DNA of 64,000 nucleotides from Pecten maximus (taxonomy: Eukaryota), in NCBI RefSeq assembly GCF_902652985.1, contig NC_047025.1, positions 43,586,001-43,650,000 on the forward strand, given 5' to 3'. Position numbers and translations under genes: made by a program. Below the pieces are notes generated by a model that was not told the origin of the DNA, did no database searches, and saw only the letters and a program-made list of their open reading frames with translations. Shown piece by piece: positions 12,445-22,900 of this stretch. Positions within the stretch are counted from its first letter, which is position 1, and every line of letters begins with the position of its first letter.

Positions 12445-14660
12445 GGTGGTAGAGAATTTGTGTATCCCGAGCCGAGCCCGAGCCGAAGACCCGAGCCCGA
12501 GCTTTGGATATTTCCGTTTTTCTCCTTCATTACTGAATGGATTAAAGTGATTTTTTCTACAAAGATTTGATTTCAGGTTTTAAATCAATCCGTGTAAGTG
12601 GATTTTCTTAAAATGTATTTTAACGTCCTAAATCGACGATTTTCATTTTTTAGGGGGAGAATTTGTGTAGCCCGCAATCAAGCGTGACTTTTCATGTTTT
12701 TTGCTAATTATTTCCGATACATGCTATTATTGAGAAATATTACTAGATACAAACAACAAGTAAATATAGCTGATTCTAAAAATATAAATTTCAACATATA
12801 TCTAATGTGACTTGATGTCAAATTTTGACATTTTTGTAACCGCGCCGACGATCAATGAACTCGCAGTGTTTACCGAGCTTTCACCGAGCCCGTGCTAAGG
12901 GCAGATAACTCTACCGATCCCGAGCTTTGTAGAACTTTTAGCCATTCTGGTATAAGAATGTTTCCGGGCTCTGCGACGAGGACGCAGTTCTACAAAGAGC
13001 CCATATCATTTTATTTTAATGATTTTATATATATTTACACATCTTTTCATTATTGTTTATCACATTAAAATATTTTTATCACCATATGTACTTTTGTATT
13101 TTTTTACGTAGAGAATAAAGTTTTCATTTGTGTTATAAACCAATTCACTCGTTTACTTTTTATCTGTTACTAAAGCTATTTCTTTTAGTAAAAAAATATT
13201 TTCATCACTGCATGATTTTAATACAACTACAGTACTATTTTCCTATTGTATTCTAGTTTGAATTTTCGAACATTTAGTACAATGCCAAACGAAACTGTCT
13301 CTTGAAAAATGATAATCTGACTGATCACAAACACATCTATTGTGAAACCACCTATCGCAACCAGCGTCACAACTTACCATATCATCAAAAACATTAGAAA
13401 TATGACATCCATCTGACTCACAATCGATACAAATATCATAAGTTAAGGCTTGAGAAACTTTCTTTTTTCTGTATTTACTAAGTTTTTTCTTTGGAAATTT
13501 AGAAAACCTACCATTTGAAATACAATTTACTAGATGCTGTCTCATATAATCTATGTCGAATTCTATTTCTTCACTACCTTTAAACCCATTAAAACAAAAC
13601 TCTACTAAATTAGCGATGGCAAAAACCCCACAGTCAACCCAATTTGTTTGCTATTGTATGCTAGGTAAAATTGTTTTTAAGATTTTCCTATTTTCCCCGT
13701 ATGATGAACTTACCTGCATTTCTAAGGACGCTGACAAATGATCTTTCTGCTTAGTTATACCTATCAAACTATCAAGAATATAAACTTCGTTACCACTTAC
13801 CTCCTGTACTGATACTACCCGATGGTCCTCACCTGTATGATGGATTTGTGTATTGTATTTTCTTCTGACTGTTTAATACCCACGTCTTTGGATATATCTT
13901 CCTTCTCTTCCATTATATTTGATAATCTCCTATTTGTTAAAGATAATCTAGACCTAGGTTTGGGCTTTTTAGGAGTACCGATGTCTGAAATATCATGGAG
14001 GGGAGAGATTTGATCAGATTTCACTGGAGAAACTATTGTTGTGCTTGGCGTTGAAAATTGTACAGAATCACCTAACTTAGTTAACTTACTGTCTGGCGCG
14101 GGAACTATATCAGTTTCATCTCTATCACAAGGTCGTGGTCGTTTCCTACCTGCTTTCTTGTCTAATGTACAGTCACAAAACTCGGGATCGGTAGAGTTAT
14201 CTGCCCTTAGCACGGGCTCGGTGAAAGCTCGGTAAACACGGCGAGTTCATTGATCGTCGGCGCGGTTACAAAAATGTCAAAATTTGACATCAAGTCACAT
14301 TAGATATATGTTGAAATTTATATTTTTAGAATCAGCTATATTTACTTGTTGTTTGTATCTAGTAATATTTCTCAATAATAGCATGTATCGGAAATAATTA
14401 GCAAAAAACATGAATAGTCACGCTTGATTGCGGGCTACACAAATTCTCCCCCTAAAAAATGAAAATCGTCGATTTAGGACGTTAAAATACATTTCATGAA
14501 AATCCACTTACACGGATTGATTTAAAACCTGAAATCAAATCTTTGTAGAAAAAATCACTTTAATCCATTCAGTAATGAAGGAGAAAAACGAAAATATCCA
14601 AAGCTCGGGCTCGGGTCTTCAGCTCGGGCTCGGCTCGGGATACACAAATTCTCTACCACC
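12445..14660. mobile_element. Non-autonomous Mutator-like (MULE) DNA transposon, 2216 bp, 480-bp TIRs, 9-bp TSD
   Basis: TIRs at 12445-12924 and 14181-14660 (GGTGGTAGAGAATTTGTGTATCCCGAGC...) with only a few mismatches. TSD ATATAAAAT at 12436-12444 and 14661-14669. The empty site with a single ATATAAAAT is present in the second copy near 44487. Confidence 0.9.
13243..14213 (-). pseudogene. Decayed transposon cargo ORF: Ulp1/C48-type cysteine protease domain followed by a PHD finger
   Basis: Minus-strand translation gives ...ENTI/QIHHTGEDHRVVS...VYILDS...IQ*QTNWVDCGVFAIAN...FDIDYMRQHLVNC, then C-x-C...MVSCDAGCDRWFHNRCV...WHCTKC. There is a frameshift near 13850, an in-frame TAG at 13653-13651 and an HW->HR change. 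Confidence 0.78.
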
Positions 14661-14775
14661 ATATAAAATACCTGATTTGTCAACGTCTTCCGAACGTTTT
14701 TGCTATGCCATTTCTACACAGCGCGAAAAAGCTTTAAATCAACACCGGTTCGAAAGTGGGGAAGGGGAAGGGAAA

Positions 14776-17700
14776 ATGGCCAGCGAAAGGATTTTGATGA
14801 AACAAGGCGCCGAAGCAAAATTGTACAAATTTAGCTTCTATGGAAAACCATGTATTGTTAAAGAACGTTTTAAGAAAACATACAGACACACAACTCTCGA
14901 TGCATCGTTAACCTCGCAGAGAATGAAATCAGAAGTGCGAGCAATGCTCCGAAGCCGTATGTGCGGTAAGGCGTACTGAATTTTAGTTTGGAAAATGTTA
15001 GTGAACTTCGATAATCATATGACATTTTTAGACGAAATAGTATTACCAGGGGCATGCATATATACTTTGTATGTCCCTGGCATTACTGACACTCACACTT
15101 GAACTCCCGGTCAGAACATGTATTCACAACGTACCATAACGAGTTATGTCAATTGTCATCGGGTACCAGAAACATTATTAGCTCACCTGCCCGAAGGGCA
15201 AGTGAGCTTATGCCGTGGTGCGGCGTCCGTCGTCCGTCCGTCCGGCCGTCCGGCGTCAACTTTTTCATTTAAACAACTTCTTCTCTATAACCAAGAGGCC
15301 CAGGGACTTGATATTCGGCCTGTAGCATGCTGGGGTGAAGGGCTACAAAGTTTGTTCAAATAAATGACCTTCACCTTCATTCAAGGTCACAGGGGTCAAA
15401 TAGGCTATAATCTTCAAACGACTTCTTCTCAATAACCAAGAGGCCCAGGGACTTGATATTGGGCATGAAGCATGCTGGAGTGAAGGGCTGCAAAGTTTGT
15501 TCAAATAAATGACCTTGATTTTCATTCAAGGTCACATGGGTCAAATAGGTTATAATCTTCAAACGACTTCTTCTCAATAACCAAGAGGCCCAGGGACTTG
15601 ATATTGGGCCTGTAGCATGCTGGGGTTAAGGGCTACAAAGTTTGTTCAAATAAATGACCTTGACCTTCATTCAAGGTCACATGGGTAAAATAGGCTATAA
15701 TCTTCAAACGACTTCTTCTCAATAACCAAGATGCACAGGGACTTGATATTGGGCCTGTAGCTTGCTGGGGTGAAGGGCTACAAAGTTTGTTCAAATAAAT
15801 GACCTTGACCTTCATTCAAGGTCACATGGGTCAAATAGGCTATAATCTTCAAACGACTTCTTCTCAATAACCAAGAGGCCCAGGGACTTGATACTGGGCC
15901 TGTAGCATGCTGGAGTGAAGGGCTACAAAGTTTGTTCAAATAAATGACCTTGACCTTCATTCAAGGTCACATGGGTAAAATAGGCTATAATCTTCAAACG
16001 ACTTCTTCTCAATAACCAAGATGCACAGGGACTTGATATTGGGCCTGTAGCTTGCTGGGGTGAAGGGCTACAAAGTTTGTTCAAATAAATGACCTTGACC
16101 TTCATTCAAGGTCACATGGGTCAAATAGGCTATAATCTTCAAACGACTTCTTCTCAATAACCAAGAGGCCCAGGGACTTGATACTGGGCCTGTAGCATGC
16201 TGGAGTGAAGGGCTACAAAGTTTGCTCAAATAAATGACCTTGACCTACATTCAAGGTCACATGGATCAAATAGGATATAATCTTCAAACGACTTCTTCTC
16301 AATAACCAAGAGGCCCAGGGACTTGATATTGGGCCTGTAGCATGCTGGGGTGAAGGGCTACAACGTTTGTTCAAATAAATGACCTTGACCTTCATTCATG
16401 GTCACATGGGTCAAATAGGCTATAATCTTCAAACGACTTCTTCTCAATAACCAAGAGGCCCAGGGACTTGATATTGGGCATGTAGCATGCTGGGGTGAAG
16501 GGCTGCAAAGTTTGTTCAAATAAATGACCTTGACCTTCATTCAAGGTCACATGGGTCAAATAGGCTATAATCTTCAAACGACTTCTTCTCAATAACCAAG
16601 AGGCACAGCGACTTGATATTGGGCCTGTAACATGCTGGGATGAAGGGCTACAAAGTTTGTTCAAATAAATGACCTTGACCTTCATTCAAGGTCACAGGGG
16701 TCAAATAGGCTATACTCTTCAAACGACTTCTTCTCAATAACCAAGAGGCCCAGGGACTTGATACTGGGCCTGTAGCATGCTGGAGTGAAGGGCTACAAAG
16801 TTTGTTCAAATAAATGACCTTGACCTTCATTCAAGGTCACATGGGTCAAATAGGCTATAATCTTCAAACAACTTCTTCTCAATAACCAAGTGGCCCAGCG
16901 ACTTGATATTGGGTCTGTAACATGCTGGGATGAAGGGCTACAAAGTTTGTTCAAATAAATGACCTTGACCTACATTCAAGGTCACATGGTTCAAATAGGC
17001 TATAATCTTCAAACGACTTCTTCTCAATAACCAAGAGGCCCAGCGACTTGATATTGGGTCTGTAACATGCTGGGATGAAGGGCTACAAAGTTTGTTCAAA
17101 TAAATGACCTTGACCTACATTCAAGGTCACATGGTTCAAATAGGCTATAATCTTCAAACGACTTCTTCTCAATAACCAAGAGGCCCAGGGACTTGATATT
17201 GGGCCTGTAGCATGCTGGGGTGAAGGGCTACAAAGTTTGTTCAAATAAATGACCTTGATCTTCATTCAAGGTCACATGGGTCAAATAGGCTATAATCTTC
17301 AAACCACTTCTTCTCAATAACCAAGAGGCACAGGGACTTGATATTGGGGCTGTAGCATGCTGGGGTGAAGGGCTACCAATTTTGTTCAAATAAATGACCT
17401 TGACCTACATTCAAGGTCACAGGGGTGAAATTTGCGATAGCCAAGAGCCTCCAAGACCTGATATTAGGCCAATAGAATGCTGGAATGAAGGACTAGACAA
17501 TTTTTAATATGAATAAAACTAGCTTACAATGATATTTGAATAAAGAGGTAATCAACATAGTATCTTTAGAAATGACCTCATCAACTTCAAAGTTGCTGTA
17601 GAGCCAGGTGAGCGATACAGGCCCATTGGGCCTCTTGTACACTGAATCCCATTGTGACATAGAAATCTCAGATATGACATCATGAAATTATATGCCTGAT

Positions 17701-19463
17701 TAAATTGGTCACTCAAGGTTAAAGATCAAAGGCAGCACTTGACCACTTTCAAAAAAGATGTTACAAATGTAGCGGGACTGGACCGACTGGGTCGATCATC
17801 GATGATCAGGTAGCTCAATTGGTAGAGCATCTGGCAAGTGTTCGGAGGTCTCGGGTTCGAACCCCGGTCTGGCCACTGCATTTTCTCCTCTCCTGTTACA
17901 AAATTGGCGCCCAGCTAAAATACCCACGGTGGTGGTATAAGGGTCTTGTGTGTCTTCGAAGGCGGGAGGTGTGTAGCGGGACTGGACTTGGTCGATCATC
18001 GGTGATCAGGTAGCTCAATTGGTAGAGCATCCGGCTAGTGTTTGGAGGTCCCGCGGCTCACTGACCATTATATTGTATTTTGACCCCAGTTCATTTCACC
18101 ATGCTTCAAAATACCATGCCACACCGGGTTCTAACCCCGGTCTGGCCGCTGCATTTTCTCCTCTCCTGTTAGACAAATAGAAGTCATATCATTTATATGT
18201 AATATCTATTTTGAAAGCGGTCTAGTAAAGCAAAGTGAGCATATGCTAACATTGAGCAGAGACACGCATAAATGTACTTCACCTTCCTCAATAACATGCA
18301 TACATACATAAATCTATCAAAGGTTTGGTTTCATGGTCAGATAGCATTTTAGAGGAAATAGTTATCTATGTGAGCACAATGTGGCCCATCATTAACAACT
18401 TTGATTTTATGTTAAATAGCCAAATTTCATCCAGACGGAGGAAAATATACTTCAATTTCTTTTTATTCAAAATCCTTAACACTTTTTATGCTCTGGGTTA
18501 CTCCAACAGTGTTAGAGGATTACACTGTACATGTGCAGGGCATTCAGTTGACCCTTGACCTTTAGTAATTTCAGAAGTCAAATCACTATTTCTTAGAAAT
18601 ATAAAGGGTCAAAACATATGTCAAATAGACATGTCAAAAGAGCCAGATCTCAATTTGGGGAGTCAAAAACATACTCTCAAGGGTCTACTGGATGCCATGC
18701 AGTGAGTAATTTATGATGTGTGTTGCACGCTTGCTGGTTGGCATCAGAATTTTTTTTTTTAATTACCAGTCTTGGGATATGGTATTAACAGGAAATAACA
18801 ACTTTTCCTGTGCATGTATATATAAGAAACAGTTTTAGAATAAAGGTGTCTATAACGACAGTAACAATCTGGCGTTTGAATTGGAGATCTTGTTGTATTT
18901 GTACAATGCTGATGAAATATAAATATATGTATACATAATCACTTACATATAAATCCTTGTTTTTTACAGGTATTTTTACACCAACAGTTTACTTTGTAGA
19001 CATGGTGAACAACAGTATATATATGGAGGAGGTGCACGACTCCCAGACAGTCAGAGACTATATCATGAACATTCAGAAAGAAATTCCTGATATCAATTTA
19101 GCAATGACTGTCCTAGAACCCCTTGGAAAGAAAATTGGTGAAATTTTAGGTGTCATGCACAAAAATAATATCATTCATGGTGACCTAACATCTTCCAATA
19201 TGCTGCTGAAGGGGCAACCGTCATCTTTTAATATTGTTATGATAGATTTTGGCCTGAGTCACTTTGAAAATATGCCAGAGGACAAAGGTGTTGATTTGTA
19301 TGTGTTGGAACGAGCCTTGCTGAGTACACATCCTAACACAGAGAAAGTGTTCCAGGTTATACTTGATGCTTACTGTGTCACTAACAAAGATGGAGCCAAG
19401 GAGGTCCTCAATAAGCTGGAGGAAGTGAGAATGAGAGGAAGAAAGCGTACCATGGTGGGATGA
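14776..19463 (+). CDS. TP53RK: TP53-regulating kinase / Bud32 / PRPK (KEOPS complex subunit), 2 exons, 227 aa (copy 1)
   Basis: Exon 1 14776-14965 (MASERILMKQGAEA...VKERF.K.YRH), donor GTAAG. Exon 2 18970-19463 after TTTTTACAG (HGDLTSSN, IDFGLS, EDKGVDLYVLERA, C-terminal RGRKR). Phase-1 intron, 684 nt in total. Confidence 0.95.
15179..17638 (+). mobile_element. Non-autonomous Helentron-type (HINE / pearl-like) element carrying a satellite array, in the TP53RK intron
   Basis: 5' TAGCTCACCTG subterminal repeat plus hairpin GCTCACCTGCCCGAAGGGCAAGTGAGC, a (GTCC)n microsatellite, a tandem array, then 3' CAGGTGAGC plus palindrome AGGCCCATTGGGCCT. Inserted at a T with no long TSD. Absent from copy 2 (empty site AACATTAT|ACACTG near 44997). 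Confidence 0.85.
15270..17430. repeat. 145-bp satellite-like tandem array, 15 monomers, internal to the HINE element
   Basis: CTTCTTCTCAATAACCAAG recurs every 145 bp from ~15277 to ~17307. A 290-bp dimer duplication is visible (variant ATGCACAGGG at 15731 and 16021). Confidence 0.95.
17768..18173 (+). mobile_element. TRIM-like non-autonomous LTR retroelement with tRNA-containing LTRs (Helenus-type), copy 1
   Basis: 5' LTR 17768-17900 (TGTAGC...GTTACA), PBS-like TGGCGCCCA at 17905, 3' LTR 17972-18173, 4-bp TSD CAAA. tRNA-like cloverleaf at 17804-17875. The PPT is partly deleted in this copy. Confidence 0.85.
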
Positions 19464-19989
19464 AGTAATCTTCTCACTGAGTGTTAAAACCTTGAACTAC
19501 AAATATAGTATATGAATTAACTTATCATGTAAGGTGGCAGCAAAAACATTACTGTAAAGATTTACAAAACTGACATGACATGAAATTGAGTTTTGTTATT
19601 GATTTTTTTGTGATCATTAAAATCAGCTACTAAAACAGCATAAACCATTTTTCTACCTGTTGTGTTTCACATGTTGTCTCTCGGGGTTTATATTTTAGTG
19701 TTACAGTATTACTGGCCATGGCGAGCAGTGTTTGTTGCCAGAAATGTCTTACAAATCTCTAAATCATCTGTATCCTTGTTATCACTATTTCTTGTGAAGT
19801 ACAGAAGGGATATTTCTCAAACTTCACATGTAGGCTGCCCTTGGTCCCTACTAATTGGGAAAATCAAATGGCAGGCAGGCAGCCATCTTATATTAGATGT
19901 TAATGGTTGATATTTGTAATTGGTACATTTCAGGAAGTTATTGGAAACATTCACTTTTAACAAGCACAGTAAGAAACATTAATCAAGGT

Positions 19990-22900
19990 ACTAGATCCTC
20001 ACCAATACCCATGTGTCAGGGTTACTACAGATCCCCACCAATACCCATGTGTCAGGGTTACTACAGATCCCCACCAATACCCATGTGTCAGGGTTACTAC
20101 AGATCCTCACCAATACCCATGTGTCAGGGTTACTACACACCCTCACCAATACCCATGTGTCAGGGTTACTACAGATCCTCACCAATACCCATGTGTCAGG
20201 GTTACTACAGATCCCCACCAATACCCATGTGTCGGGGTTACTACAGATCCTCACCAATACCCATGTGTCAGGGTTACTACAGATCCCCACCAATACCCAT
20301 GTGTCAGGGTTACTACAGATCCCCACCAATACCCATGTGTCAGGGTTACTACACACCCTCACCAATACCCATGTGTCAGGGTTACTACAGATCCTCACCA
20401 ATACCCATGTGTCAGGGTTACTACAGATCCTCACCAATACCCATGTATCAGGGTTACTACACACCCTCACCAATACCCATGTGTCAGGGTTACTACACAC
20501 CCTCACCAATACCCATGTGTCAGGGTTACTACACACCCTCACCAATACCCATGTATCAGGGTTACTACAGATCCCCACCAATACCCATGTGTCAGGGTTA
20601 CTACACACCCTCACCAATACCCATGTGTCAGGGTTACTACAGATCCTCACTGATACCCATGTGTCAGGGTTACTACAGATCCTCACCGATACCCATGTAT
20701 CAGGGTTACTACAGATCCTCACCGATACCCATGTATCAGGGTTACTACAGATCCTCACCGATACCCATGTGTCGGGGTTACTACAGATCCCCACCAATAC
20801 CCATGTGTCAGGGTTACTACAGATCCTCACCAATACCCATGTGTCAGGGTTACTACAGATCCTCACCAATACCCATGTATCAGGGTTACTACAAACCCTC
20901 ACCAATACCCATGTATCAGGGTTACTACACACCCTCACCAATACCCATGTGTCAGGGTTACTACACACCCTCACCAATACCCATGTATCAGGGTTACTAC
21001 AGATCCTCACTGATACCCATGTGTCAGGGTTACTACAGATCCTCACCAATACCCATGTATCAGGGTTACTACAGATCCTCACTGATACCCATGTGTCAGG
21101 GTTACTACAGATCCTCACCAATACCCATATGTCAGGGTTACTACAGATCCCCACCAATACCCATGTGTCAGGGTTACTACAGATCCTCACCAATACCCAT
21201 GTATCAGGGTTACTACACACCCTCACCAATACCCATGTATCAGGGTTACTACACACCCTCACCAATACCCATGTGTCAGGGTTACTACAGATCCTCACCA
21301 ATACCCATGTGTCTGGGTTACTACAGATCCTCACCAATACCCATGTGTCAGGGTTACTACAGATACCCACCAATACCCATATGTCAGGGTTACTACAGAT
21401 CCTCACCAATACCCATGTATCAGGGTTACTACACACCCTCACCAATACCCATGTGTCAGGGTTACTACATATCCCCACCAATACCCATGTGTCAGGGTTA
21501 CTACAGATCCCCACCAATACCCATGTGTCAGGGTTACTACAGATCCCCACCAATACCCATGTGTCAGGGTTACTACAGATCCTCACCAATACCCATGTGT
21601 CAGGGTTACTACATATCCCCACCAATACCCATGTGTCAGGTTACTACAGATCCCCACCAATACCCATGTGTCAGGGTTACTACACACCCTCACCAATACC
21701 CATGTGTCAGGGTTACTACACACCCTCACCAATACCCATGTATCAGGGTTACTACAGATCCCCACCAATACCCATGTGTCAGGGTTACTACAGATCCTCA
21801 CCAATACCCATGTGTCAGGGTTACTACAGATCCTCACCAATACCCATGTGTCAGGGTTACTACAGATCCTCACCAATACCCATGTATCAGGGTTACTACA
21901 CACCCTCACCAATACCCATGTATCAGGGTTACTACACACCCTCACCAATACCCATGTGTCAGGGTTACTACAGATCCTCACCAATACCCATGTGTCAGGG
22001 TTACTACAGATCCCACCAATACCCATGTGTCAGGGTTACTACAGATCCCCACCAATACCCATGTGTCAGGGTTACTACAGATCCCCACCAATACCCATGT
22101 GTCAGGGTTACTACACACCCTCACCAATACCCATGTGTCAGGGTTACTACACACCCTCACCAATACCCATGTGTCAGGGTTACTACAGATCCTCACCAAT
22201 ACCCATGTGTCAGGGTTACTACACACCCTCACCAATACCCATGTATCAGGGTTACTACAGATCCCCACCGATACCCATGTGTCAGGGTTACTACACACCC
22301 TCACCAATACCCATGTGTCAGGGTTACTACAGATCCTCACCAATACCCATGTGTCAGGGTTACTACACACCCTCACCAATACCCATGTATCAGGGTTACT
22401 ACAGATCCCCACCGATACCCATGTGTCAGGGTTACTACACAGCCTCACCAATACCCATGTGTCAGGGTTACTACAGATCCTCACCAATACCCATGTGTCA
22501 GGGTTACTACACACCCTCACCAATACCCATGTGTCAGGGTTACTACAGATCCCCACTAATACCCATGTGTCAGGGTTACTACAGATCCTCACCGATACCC
22601 ATGTGTCAGGGTTACTACACACCCTCACCAATACCCATGTGTCAGGGTTACTACAGATCCTCACTGATACCCATGTATCAGGGTTACTACAGATCCTCAC
22701 CGATACCCATGTGTCAGGGTTACTACAGATCCCCACTAATACCCATGTATCAGGGTTACTACAGATCCCCACCAATACCCATGTGTCAGGGTTACTACAC
22801 ACCCTCACCAATACCCATGTGTCAGGGTTACTACAGATCCTCACCAATACCCATGTGTCAGGGTTACTACAGATCCCCACCAATACCCATGTGTCAGGGT

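Noticed and set aside
14575-14775. ORF-track N-terminus of TP53RK (134-aa ORF from 14575)
   Set aside because: The start lies within the transposon TIR and is absent from copy 2, so the native start is taken as 14776. Kept only as a hypothetical allele-specific extension.
17804-17875. Possible genuine tRNA-Thr gene (also 11568-11636 and the SINE heads)
   Set aside because: The acceptor and anticodon stems are mismatched and the sequence is embedded in LTR or SINE structures with TSDs. Treated as TE-borne tRNA-like sequence.
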